A stretch of 64,000 nucleotides of DNA, from assembly GCA_009886115.1 (NCBI GenBank), contig VFJJ01000011.1, positions 91,348-155,347 on the forward strand. The letters run 5' to 3'. How positions within the stretch are numbered: position 1 is the first letter of the stretch; each line of letters begins with the position of its first letter. A program made the translations under genes and the position numbers. Under the pieces are notes generated by a model. The model saw only the letters and a program-made list of their open reading frames with translations, ran no database searches and was not told the origin of the DNA. This document shows, one piece after another, positions 37,929 through 46,893 of this stretch. Source of the DNA: Actinomycetota bacterium (GTDB lineage: Bacteria; Actinomycetota; Acidimicrobiia; IMCC26256; VFJJ01).

Positions 37929-38642
37929 TCAGTGGTTGGGGTTCTGACCCTTCATGAGCTGGCGGTCCTGGCGGGCCAGGTGCAGGATCTGCGTGCCTTC
38001 GACCTGCTCCACATAGCGGACGAAGCGGTACTTGTCCTCGAAGCCGTCGGTCTGGCGGGGGGCCACTCGGGCGTGACCGGGCAGGGTGCGCACGTTCACG
38101 AAGCTGCAGACGTTGCGGGTGAACGCCAGCTCCATCTCGGCGTCGAGCTCATCGAACGTCGTGACGTTCGCCGTGTGCGGAACGCCCGCGGCGGCGGCCA
38201 TTGCGGCCAGGTCGGTGCTCGACGCCGTGGCGCTGAGGCGACGGCCGCCCGGTCCCCAACCGATCGACTCGTAGCAGCCGTTGTCGACGACGAACACGAC
38301 GAGGTTGGCCGGGCAGTGCTGACCGAGGGCCACGAGCTGGCCCAGCTCCATGAGGACCGAGCCGTCGCCGTCGAGGCACATGACCTTGCGGTGAGGCAGT
38401 GCCAGGGCCAGCCCCACCGCGAGGCCGATCACGTCGCCCATCTGGCCCAGATGGGCGCTGCGCGGGTGCTCGCCCGTGTGATGGGCCCACTCGAACGAGA
38501 CGGCCCCGATGTAGGTGGCCATCACTAACGCGTCCTCGGGCAGGCGAGCGGCGAGGCGTCCCAGCCAGTCGTAGCGGTCGAGACCATCGGTGAGCTCGCT
38601 GGGAGGCGTGGTGGCGTTCCTGTCGTTGGCGCGATCGTTCAT
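37929..38642 (-). CDS. TPP-dependent decarboxylase beta subunit (ComE / phosphonopyruvate decarboxylase-like)
   Basis: LGQMG...GLALA, DGDGSVLM...DN TPP motif. Confidence 0.82.
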   Translation of the reverse strand: MNDRANDRNATTPPSELTDGLDRYDWLGRLAARLPEDALVMATYIGAVSFEWAHHTGEHPRSAHLGQMGDVIGLAVGLALALPHRKVMCLDGDGSVLMELGQLVALGQHCPANLVVFVVDNGCYESIGWGPGGRRLSATASSTDLAAMAAAAGVPHTANVTTFDELDAEMELAFTRNVCSFVNVRTLPGHARVAPRQTDGFEDKYRFVRYVEQVEGTQILHLARQDRQLMKGQNPNH

Positions 38643-38643
38643 G

Positions 38644-39150
38644 TCAGTCGTTCCAGACGCAGTCGCCGGAGATGAGGATGGCAGCCGGATGGAGCTGGGC
38701 CTCGGAGATCCGCTGGGCCCGCTTGATGCTGCGCCGCAACAGCGCCGGGTCCCGGACGATCAGGTACGGGACGCGAAGCGCATCGAGGAGGGGCTCGACG
38801 ACGATGCCGTGGGGGATGCCCCAGTGCTCGGTCTCGCCCACGTCGCCCCGGTACGAGAGCATCAGCACGACAGGGACGCCCGTCCCCAGGGAGATGCGGG
38901 CGATGTACTCCGACGCCACCCGCAACCCCGAGTTCTCCATGATCAGGGCCGGTTTCTTGCCGCCCAGCCAGGCACCGGCGCAGATGGAGAATCCGACGCC
39001 CTCGTTGCACACCGGGGCGTACTGGATCTCGGGATCGGCTTCCACGAGCTCGTGCAGGTTTCGTTGCCAGCCGTCGGGCAGGCCGGAGACGAAGTCGATC
39101 CCGGCCTCCTTCAACCCGGCCAGCGCTTCGCCAGCGGCGTGCTCGAGCAC
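38644..39150 (-). CDS. TPP-dependent decarboxylase alpha subunit (ComD-like)
   Basis: GLPD, NEGVG..ICAGAWLGGKKPALIMENSG, SYRG; GTG after GAGGAGG. Confidence 0.85.
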   Translation of the reverse strand: MLEHAAGEALAGLKEAGIDFVSGLPDGWQRNLHELVEADPEIQYAPVCNEGVGFSICAGAWLGGKKPALIMENSGLRVASEYIARISLGTGVPVVLMLSYRGDVGETEHWGIPHGIVVEPLLDALRVPYLIVRDPALLRRSIKRAQRISEAQLHPAAILISGDCVWND

Positions 39151-39271
39151 GTGTCGCCTCCTCGTTCGGATCGAGCGGAACTCTACGCGCGGTGCTGGTG
39201 GTCGGTCCCGAACGTTGGCAGACTGGCTGCCTCGGTCCGCGAAACAATGGCAGCGGATCCACGGAGGACCC

Positions 39272-39952
39272 ATGGCCCAGTCGCCCACCGACTTCTACGA
39301 CTCGATCATCGGGCTCATCGAGTCGCGACGAGACACCGCGGAGGCCGACGTCCAGAGCTTCTTCAATCGCCCCATGAGCGAGCAGGAACTTGTGGAGTGG
39401 TTGTCGTTCCAGGCCTACTACGAGTTACGGGCCGCCCAGTTCATCGGCCGCTGGCTGGCCGACACGCCCGAGCGCGACGCGCTCGTGCTCCTGGCCCAGC
39501 AGGTCGAGGACGAAGCAATGCACTACGAGTACTGCATGCGGGCGCTCGACAAGCGGGGTGTGACCTCACTCGATCGCTGGAAGCCCGAGCCGGAGTGGGA
39601 GGAGTGGATCGACGGCTGGTACCCGTCGGGCATCGACACTCTGGAACGGGTCGCGGCCCACAATGTCACCGGTGAGGTGGGCGCGTGCCAAGCGTTCTAC
39701 GACATCAAGCCGCGGATCCCCGACGACGTCGTCAAGACCCTGGAACGGATCATCCCCGACGAGTTGTTCCACATGAAGCTCGGTCGCCAGATCCTCGAGA
39801 AGTATGCAGTCACCGACGATCAGCAGGAGCGGGTACGTCTCCGTGTCGTGCGTACCTTCGAGCTCGAAGAGGCGGGACGGGTCGCCTTCAACCGCCGCAT
39901 GGCTCGCCTGGGCCTGGCCGATATCGGTGATCCCACCCCACCCGTCATCTGA
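39272..39952 (+). CDS. ferritin-like diiron protein
   Basis: E...DEAMH...E...DELFH ligand pattern; GGAGG RBS. Confidence 0.8.
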   Translation: MAQSPTDFYDSIIGLIESRRDTAEADVQSFFNRPMSEQELVEWLSFQAYYELRAAQFIGRWLADTPERDALVLLAQQVEDEAMHYEYCMRALDKRGVTSLDRWKPEPEWEEWIDGWYPSGIDTLERVAAHNVTGEVGACQAFYDIKPRIPDDVVKTLERIIPDELFHMKLGRQILEKYAVTDDQQERVRLRVVRTFELEEAGRVAFNRRMARLGLADIGDPTPPVI

Positions 39953-40022
39953 GCCAGCGAGCGATATCACCGCGAGGTCGGTTTCCACGCCGGCCCGAAA
40001 AGGCACGAGACCCGGAGACAGC

Positions 40023-41174
40023 GTGTTCGATCCGTTCCAGTACTTCTCGCCCATCGAGTTCGCGTTCGGTGCCGGCCGGCGCAGTGAGATCCCGGGGCGG
40101 CTCGCTGCCCGAGGCGTCGAGCGCGTCCTGGTGGTCACCGACGCGGGGATCGTCAACGCGGGCATTGCCGAGCAGGTCGAGCGGCTCCTCATCGAGGCGG
40201 GGATCGGCGTCGAGCGCTTCACCGACGTGAAGTCGAACCCCACGGTGGAAAACGTCGACGCCGGCGCGGCGATGCTCACGGCCACTCGGGCCCAGGCCTT
40301 GGTCGCCATCGGCGGGGGCAGCCCGATCGACGCGGCGAAGATCATCGGAGCGGCCGCCGCCAATGGTTGCTCGTCGCACGCGTTCATGACCGGCGAGCGA
40401 AAGATCGAGATCGCCGGGGTGCCCCTGGTGGCCGTGCCCACCACGGCTGGCTCGGGCGCCGAATCGGCCAAGGTGTCGGTGCTCGTCGACCACGCGACCG
40501 GCGAGAAGAAGGGCGTGTTCGGTCCGGGCACCGCGCCCTGGCTCACGGTCCTCGACCCTGAGCTGATGGTCGGGTTGCCGCCCTGGCTCACCGCAGCCAC
40601 CGGGATCGACGCGCTCTCGCACGCGCTGGAGGCGTATCTGGGTCGCGCGGCGAGCCCCATCTCCGATGCCCTGGCCGAGCAGTCGATGCGACTCGTCGCC
40701 GGGTATGTCGAGCGGGCCGTCGAGAATGGCCGCGATCTGGAGGCCCGTTCGGCCATGACGATCGCATCGGCGTTGGGCGGCCTAGCGAAGGAGCAGTCGG
40801 GGCTGGGGATCCTCCACGCCGTGGCCATGCCGGTCGGGTACCTGTACGACCTGCACCACGGGTACCTGTGCGCCGCGCTCATGCCAGCCACGCTCGACTG
40901 CAACCGTTCGGCGGCGCTGGCCAAGACGGCGTGGATCGGACGGGCCTTCGGTGTCTCCGACGGCGACGACGAGACGGCCGCAGCCCAGGCGGGCTCGACG
41001 ATCAGGGCACTCAACGAGCGCATCGGTCTGGGCGCCGGGCTCCGGGAGTCGGGAGTACGCGACGAAGACCACGACCGCATCGTCGCCGACGCCATGACGA
41101 GCTACCTCCTCAAGAACAACCCCATCACGGGCACTCCCGAGCTCTGTCGTGAGGTGCTCGTCGCCTCACTCTGA
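40023..41174 (+). CDS. iron-containing alcohol dehydrogenase
   Basis: GGGSPIDAAK, PTTAGSG, DALSHALE, HA...HHG. Confidence 0.92.
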   Translation: MFDPFQYFSPIEFAFGAGRRSEIPGRLAARGVERVLVVTDAGIVNAGIAEQVERLLIEAGIGVERFTDVKSNPTVENVDAGAAMLTATRAQALVAIGGGSPIDAAKIIGAAAANGCSSHAFMTGERKIEIAGVPLVAVPTTAGSGAESAKVSVLVDHATGEKKGVFGPGTAPWLTVLDPELMVGLPPWLTAATGIDALSHALEAYLGRAASPISDALAEQSMRLVAGYVERAVENGRDLEARSAMTIASALGGLAKEQSGLGILHAVAMPVGYLYDLHHGYLCAALMPATLDCNRSAALAKTAWIGRAFGVSDGDDETAAAQAGSTIRALNERIGLGAGLRESGVRDEDHDRIVADAMTSYLLKNNPITGTPELCREVLVASL

Positions 41175-41177
41175 CGC

Positions 41178-41224
41178 TTCTTTGTGGCTGAGGCCACGCC
41201 GGGAGCAACCTCAGACACAAAGAA
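41178..41224. terminator. inverted repeat between convergent genes
   Basis: TTCTTTGTGGCTGAGG ... CCTCAGACACAAAGAA, one mismatch. Confidence 0.6.
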
Positions 41225-41238
41225 CCAGGGTGGGGGGA

Positions 41239-43578
41239 TCACGGGGCGCTCTGCAACAGCTCCCACAGCCGAGACGGCGACAACGGGGTCCGGTCGATGC
41301 GGTCTGCGATCTCGGGCAGGGCCGCAGCGACGGCGTTGACCACGCAGGCCATGGCGCCATTGGTTCCGCCTTCGCCCATGCCCTTCATGCCCCCGGGGGT
41401 GTGGGGCGACGGGATCTGGATGTGCTCGATGGTCACGTCGGGCATCGATGCCGACACCGGCGCCAGGTAGTCGAGGAATGTCGTCGTGATGGGCTGGCCG
41501 TCGGCGTTGTAGGCGATCTCCTCCAAGAGCGCCGCGCCGAGGCCCTGGGCGATGCCGCCGTGGATCTGGCCTTCGACCACGAGCGGGTTGACGATCGTCC
41601 CGCAGTCGTGCACGACCGCGTAGTGCTCGATCTCGACCTCGCCCGTGGTCCGATCGACCGCAGCGCGACAGACGTGGGCTGCGTAAGAGAACGTCGCCGA
41701 GACGGGGTCGTAGGCCGCTGTCTCGAGCAGACCGGGCTCGATGCCCGCAGGAAGGGAGAAGCCCTGCCAGGCCCGGTGCGCGACACGAGCGATCGGGACC
41801 GACACGTTGGTACCGATCACCGCGGCCGCGCCGTCGACGAGCACGATGTCGTCGACGGCTGCTTCGAGCATCTCGGCGGCAATGGCCTTCACCTTGGCGG
41901 CGATCTTGTCGGCCGCGAGAACGAGAGCGCCGCCACCGACGGGCATCGACCGGGACGCCGCGGTCCCGTAGGCCGAATAGGGCGTGGAGTTGGTGTCGTT
42001 GGCGATCAGCTCGATCCGGTCGATGTCGAGCCCGAGTCGGTCGGCACACACCTGGAGGAACGTCGTCTCCTGGCCTTGGCCGTGTGGTGAGATACCGGTG
42101 TAGATCCGAACCGATCCGTCGGGCTCCATGCGGACGGTGGCCGTCTCGTGACCGCCGATGCCCAAGCCGATGAGCTGATTGGTGGTGCTGTTGCCGATGC
42201 CGGCCATCTGCACGTAGAAGCAGTATCCGAGACCGCGCGCTCGGCCGTCGTCGGGCGCCGGTGGGAACTGCGTCGCCAGAACCCGGGCTCTCTCGAGGCA
42301 GGTGGGGTAATCGCCGTTGTCGTAGGTGATATATGTCCGAATGGTGTAGGGAAGCTGCTCGGGCTGCACCATGTTGCGCAGCCGCAGCTCGACGGGATCG
42401 GTTCCGAGAGCCCGGGCCACGAGCTCGACGGTCCGCTCCCTCACCAAGGCGGCCTGGGTCTGACCGAAGCCCCGATAGGCCCCGAGCGGCGTCCGGTTGC
42501 TGGCAACGACCTTGGCGGTGCTGCGGACGGCATCCCACGTGTAGGGCCCGGGAACCATCCCGGTCATGGTGAACAGCGGTCCACCGCCGAAGATGGCGAA
42601 CTGCCCGCCCGTGTCACGGACCGCATCGAGTCGCAGGCCCCGCAGGCGCCCGTCGTCGTCGTAGGCGACCTCGACGTCGACGTGATCGTCGCGGGCGTGC
42701 GTGGTCGCGACCATGTGCTCGGAGCGGTCCTCGATCCACTTGACGGGACGGCCGAGCCGCAGCGCCGCCAAGCAGACCATCAGCTCGTCGTCGTAGGCGT
42801 GGTCTTTCAGCCCGAAGGCGCCACCGACGTCGGGGGCGATCACCCGGATTCGGTGCTGGGCCAAGCCGAGCACCTCGCTGACGGCGTCACGAATGGCATG
42901 GGGCGCCTGGTTCGATGACCAGATCGTGAGCGTGCCGGTTGCCGGGTCGGGGGCGGCGACGATGCCGCGACATTCCATCGAGATCCCGGCGATCCGGCCC
43001 AGGTGCATCCGGTGGCGCAGCACACGATCGGCGGCGGCGAACACGGTATCGGTGTGCTCGGCGCTGTCACCGGCTTCGAACGCGCTCAACACGTTGGTGC
43101 CGTACTCGGGGTACAGGAGTGCCGCCCCGGGGGCCAGCGCCGCTTCGGCGTCGGCCACGATGGGCAGCTCCTCGAAGTCGACGACGATCTGGTCGACGGC
43201 ATCCTCGGCCGTGTACCGGGAGCCGGCCACGGCCACGCCGATCGGCTGGCCCACGTATCTGACCCGGCCGTCGGCGACGCGCGTCGAGGTCTGGAGCTGG
43301 ACACCCAGCGTCCACAGGACCGGGACGGAATGGGTGGCGGCATCGATCTCGGACGGTCCCAACACGAGCGCGGCGCCTTCGACCGCTGAGGGGTCGAAGG
43401 ACCGCACGATGCCGTGGGCGATGGGGGAGCGCACGATCGCGGCGTGCGCCATGCCCGGGAGCTCGATGTCGTCGACGAAGCGCCCCAGCCCGCGCAGCAG
43501 CCTCCCATCGTTGCGCCGGGGCAGGCGCTGGCCCACGTACCGAGGCCTCGGCACCCCCGTCGCGTGCATCGATCTCAT
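41239..43578 (-). CDS. xanthine dehydrogenase-family molybdopterin large subunit
   Basis: VGGAFGLK, AYRGFG, HGQGQET, QIHGG, KGMGEGG. Confidence 0.92.
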   Translation of the reverse strand: MRSMHATGVPRPRYVGQRLPRRNDGRLLRGLGRFVDDIELPGMAHAAIVRSPIAHGIVRSFDPSAVEGAALVLGPSEIDAATHSVPVLWTLGVQLQTSTRVADGRVRYVGQPIGVAVAGSRYTAEDAVDQIVVDFEELPIVADAEAALAPGAALLYPEYGTNVLSAFEAGDSAEHTDTVFAAADRVLRHRMHLGRIAGISMECRGIVAAPDPATGTLTIWSSNQAPHAIRDAVSEVLGLAQHRIRVIAPDVGGAFGLKDHAYDDELMVCLAALRLGRPVKWIEDRSEHMVATTHARDDHVDVEVAYDDDGRLRGLRLDAVRDTGGQFAIFGGGPLFTMTGMVPGPYTWDAVRSTAKVVASNRTPLGAYRGFGQTQAALVRERTVELVARALGTDPVELRLRNMVQPEQLPYTIRTYITYDNGDYPTCLERARVLATQFPPAPDDGRARGLGYCFYVQMAGIGNSTTNQLIGLGIGGHETATVRMEPDGSVRIYTGISPHGQGQETTFLQVCADRLGLDIDRIELIANDTNSTPYSAYGTAASRSMPVGGGALVLAADKIAAKVKAIAAEMLEAAVDDIVLVDGAAAVIGTNVSVPIARVAHRAWQGFSLPAGIEPGLLETAAYDPVSATFSYAAHVCRAAVDRTTGEVEIEHYAVVHDCGTIVNPLVVEGQIHGGIAQGLGAALLEEIAYNADGQPITTTFLDYLAPVSASMPDVTIEHIQIPSPHTPGGMKGMGEGGTNGAMACVVNAVAAALPEIADRIDRTPLSPSRLWELLQSAP

Positions 43579-44102
43579 CGTGTGAGCCCCAGCTCCTGCC
43601 AGGCGCGCTCGACGGCGGCCCGGATGTTCACGTACCCCGTGCAGCGGCACACGTGGCCGCCGAGGGCATCGAGGGTCTCGTCGCGGCTCCAGCCGGCCCG
43701 CTCGGCTGCCACGACGGTCATGACGATCCCCGCGGTGCAGAACCCGCACTGGAGGCCGTGCAGCTCGTGCATGGCGCGCTGAAAGGGGTGCAGCGCTCCA
43801 AGGCCGCCGGCACCTTCGGCGAAGCCGGTGTCGCCGCCGCCGACCGCCACCGCGGCCGCGACCGACTCGATCGTCTCGATCCGGGCGCCTTCGGCCTGGG
43901 GGGCGAGCGCGAGGCACGAGCGTGCCGGGTTGTCGTCCCAGATGACGGTGCACGCGCCGCACACACCCTGCTCGCAGCCGACGTGCGTGCCGGTCAGGCC
44001 GAGCTCGTGGCGCAAGACGTCGCTCAGCAGCGTCCTGACGTCGACATCGATCGTGCGCGCCTCACCGTTGACAACCAGCTGCACTCGTCGGCGTTCGGTC
44101 AC
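43575..44102 (-). CDS. 2Fe-2S small subunit (CoxS/CutS-like)
   Basis: CEQGVCGAC, QCGFCT, CRCTGY. Confidence 0.93.
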   Translation of the reverse strand: MTERRRVQLVVNGEARTIDVDVRTLLSDVLRHELGLTGTHVGCEQGVCGACTVIWDDNPARSCLALAPQAEGARIETIESVAAAVAVGGGDTGFAEGAGGLGALHPFQRAMHELHGLQCGFCTAGIVMTVVAAERAGWSRDETLDALGGHVCRCTGYVNIRAAVERAWQELGLTR

Positions 44103-44116
44103 GGGCCCCTCCCCTG

Positions 44117-44164
44117 CAACTGTCGGCGTGGCGCCCCGTATCCGGGGCGTGACACTGACAGTTG
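44117..44164. repeat. 48-bp hairpin element, copy A
   Basis: CAACTGTC...CCGTATCCGG...GACAGTTG; same family as 51356-51403. Confidence 0.85.
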
Positions 44165-44191
44165 AAGATGTGTGTTGTTAGCCTGCCCGAT

Positions 44192-45565
44192 GTGACCACC
44201 ACAGCGACGACTTTGATTCGGAACGGGATCGTGATTCCTTGCGAAGGGCGCAAGGTCGTGCACGACCCGGGTTCGGTGCTGATCGAGGGGACGGGCATCG
44301 TCGCGGTGGGCTCCGTCGCCGAGCTCGACGCCGACCCGAGAGCCGCCGGGGCAACGGTGATCGACGCGACAGGCCAGGCCGTCATCCCCGGCCTGCACAA
44401 CTGCCATCTGCACAGTGGGTTGCTGCGGGGCACGGCCGAGTCGATGTCGCTGTGGGACTGGCTCGAGAGCTACGTCGACCCGGCCCACAAGGTGATGACG
44501 CCCGAGATCGCCGAGGCCGCGTCGTACATGGCCTACACCGAAGGGCTCCTCGCCGGCACGGTGTCGGTCATGGACATGTGGCGCTTCATGGACGGCTCGG
44601 CTCGCGCCGCCGACGAGATCGGCATCCGAGCCACCCTCGTGCCCTACACGGCGGATCTCTACGACTACTTCGAGACGCTCGAGACCAACCGCCGCCTGCT
44701 CGAGACCCATCTGAGCGCCTCCGACGGCCGGGTCCGCACCTGGGTCGGCCTCGAGCACATCATGTACTGCTCGGCCGAGATGTTCCGGGCCGCCGCCGAC
44801 CTCGCCGCCGAGTTCGGCACGGGCATCCACACGCACTCGTCGGAGTCGATCTGGGAGGTGCAAGAGACGCTCAAGCGGTTCGGGCGCCGACCGATCGAGG
44901 AGTTCTACAACCGGGGCATCCTCGGTCCGAGCACGGTCGTCGCGCACTGCGTCTGGCTCGACGACCGCGAGATCGAGCTCATGGCCCAGACGGGCACCAG
45001 CGTTGCGCACTGCCCGTGCTCGAACATGAAGCTCTCGTCCGGGCCGGCCCGGGTTGGCGACTACCGCCGCGCCGGCATCCACGTGGGGCTCGGCAGCGAC
45101 GGCGAGAAGGAGAACAACAACCTCGACATCATCCAGGAGATGAAGTTCGCGTCGTTGCTGCAGAAGGTCTCCACACTCGACCCGACGACCGGCGATCCCT
45201 GGGACATCCTCGACATGGCCACGCTCGACGGGGCCACGGCGCTCGGTCTGGGCGATCTCTCGGGCTCGCTGGAGGTGGGCAAGCGGGCCGACGTGGTCAC
45301 GGTCGACCTGCGCAGGCTGCACTTCACGCCGCTGCTGCACGGCAAGAACTTCAACGCGGCTGCGCATCTGGTGTTCTCGGCGTCGGGGCGCGACGTGTCG
45401 AACGTGTGGGTCGACGGCCGGCAGCTCGTGGCCGATGGACAGGTCACGACCGTCGACGTGGAGACCGTCCGCAGCCGGGCGCAGAGCGCGGCCGAGGAGC
45501 TCTTCGAGCGGCGCGAAGCCGTGTTGGGGCTCACGGCGAGCCCGAAGAACACGCAACTCGCCTAA
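44192..45565 (+). CDS. metal-dependent amidohydrolase (MTA/SAH deaminase, AtzA-like)
   Basis: HxH, HTHSSE, AHCV, HCPCSN, GSDG; start may be 44168. Confidence 0.9.
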   Translation: MTTTATTLIRNGIVIPCEGRKVVHDPGSVLIEGTGIVAVGSVAELDADPRAAGATVIDATGQAVIPGLHNCHLHSGLLRGTAESMSLWDWLESYVDPAHKVMTPEIAEAASYMAYTEGLLAGTVSVMDMWRFMDGSARAADEIGIRATLVPYTADLYDYFETLETNRRLLETHLSASDGRVRTWVGLEHIMYCSAEMFRAAADLAAEFGTGIHTHSSESIWEVQETLKRFGRRPIEEFYNRGILGPSTVVAHCVWLDDREIELMAQTGTSVAHCPCSNMKLSSGPARVGDYRRAGIHVGLGSDGEKENNNLDIIQEMKFASLLQKVSTLDPTTGDPWDILDMATLDGATALGLGDLSGSLEVGKRADVVTVDLRRLHFTPLLHGKNFNAAAHLVFSASGRDVSNVWVDGRQLVADGQVTTVDVETVRSRAQSAAEELFERREAVLGLTASPKNTQLA

Positions 45566-45597
45566 CTCCGGGCCAACGAGGGATAGTCAATGCCTGA

Positions 45598-46854
45598 CTA
45601 CCGGGCGACGGCCCGCACCGGGTAGTGGAGGAACCCGGCGAACTGGTTGGCCCGCAGACGCACCGGATCGCCGTCGAGCTCGAAGCGGGCCACCCGGCGA
45701 ACGACCTCGGTGAGCATCGAGCGCACCTCCATGCGGCCGACCTGGGCGCCGATGCAGAAGTGCGGCCCGCCCCCGCCGAAGCCCACGTGGTCGTTGGGGC
45801 TGCGCCACGGGTCGAGCCGATCGGGGTCGGCGAACACGCGCTCGTCGCGGTTGGCCGACGAGAACGACAGCACCACTTTGTCGCCGGCCTTGATCTGCTG
45901 CCCGCGCAGCTCGTGGTCGACGGTCGCCGTGCGGCGGAAGTTCATGGCCGGCGACGCCCAGCGCACGCACTCCTCCACCAGTGTCGCCGGGCACTCGGCA
46001 TCGGGGCCGCCGAGCTCCAGCACCCGGTGGAGCTCGTCGAGCAGCTGGGGCCGCTCCACGAAGGCCGAGACGGCCTCCGACAGCGTGTGGGCGACCGTCC
46101 CCACCCCACCCACCACGGTCACGAGGACGAACAGCGCCAGCTCGTCGTCGGTCATGCGGTCGACGGTGCCGTCAGGGCGGACGATCTCGGAGCGCACGAG
46201 GTCGGCAGCGATGCCGGGGTGGGCGTCGGGGTCGCGGCGCACCCGGGCGAAGAGCTCCCGGGCGTAGTCGACGGCCACCATCTGGATCTCGGGCCGGGGC
46301 TTGCCCGAGGGGTTGAGCTCGGGCTCTTGGGCCAGCGAGATCATGAGCGACCACTCCAGCATCCGGTCGTGATCGTCGGCCGGGATGCCGAACATGGCCG
46401 CCGGAACCTCGAAGCCCATCGGCGTCGCGCACCCGTCGTGGAAGTCGCCCCGGCCCTCGTCGAGTAGCCGGTCGACGGTTCGCCGGGCCACGTCGCGGGC
46501 CAACCCTGCGAACTGCCGCACCCGGCCCGGCGTGAACGCGGGGCTCACGAGCCGCCGGGTGCGGGTGTGGTCGTCGGGATCCTGGTTCACGAAGATCCGT
46601 TGCCTGAAGGCCAGCTCCTCGTCGCTGCGGGGGTCCTCGAGCGACGATCCCCGCAGCGCGTTCGAGTAGGTCTGCCAGTCACGGTTGGCGGCCACGACGT
46701 CGTCGTGGCGGGTGACGAGCCAATAGCCCCGTCCACCGGTCTCGGCCGGTTCGTCGTGCCAGGCCACGGGATCGTGGCGGCGCAGCCACGCGAAGTAGTC
46801 GTAGGGCACGCCCGACCGGAACAGGTCGGGATCCATCAGGTCGAGCCGGTCCAT
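45598..46854 (-). CDS. cytochrome P450 with atypical I-helix
   Basis: FGGGGPHFCIG haem motif, EECVR; GGVGTV in place of AGxETT. Confidence 0.93.
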   Translation of the reverse strand: MDRLDLMDPDLFRSGVPYDYFAWLRRHDPVAWHDEPAETGGRGYWLVTRHDDVVAANRDWQTYSNALRGSSLEDPRSDEELAFRQRIFVNQDPDDHTRTRRLVSPAFTPGRVRQFAGLARDVARRTVDRLLDEGRGDFHDGCATPMGFEVPAAMFGIPADDHDRMLEWSLMISLAQEPELNPSGKPRPEIQMVAVDYARELFARVRRDPDAHPGIAADLVRSEIVRPDGTVDRMTDDELALFVLVTVVGGVGTVAHTLSEAVSAFVERPQLLDELHRVLELGGPDAECPATLVEECVRWASPAMNFRRTATVDHELRGQQIKAGDKVVLSFSSANRDERVFADPDRLDPWRSPNDHVGFGGGGPHFCIGAQVGRMEVRSMLTEVVRRVARFELDGDPVRLRANQFAGFLHYPVRAVAR

Positions 46855-46893
46855 GGGCCCAGCGCTCCTCCACCGAGTCGGTCTCCGAGTGCG

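Noticed and set aside
37929..41174. Definite phosphonate biosynthesis cluster
   Set aside because: No PEP mutase in the window; kept only as an unassigned pathway.
41239..43578. Aerobic CO dehydrogenase CoxL
   Set aside because: Loop is AYRGFG, not AYxCSFR (form I) or AYRGAGR (form II); no coxM.
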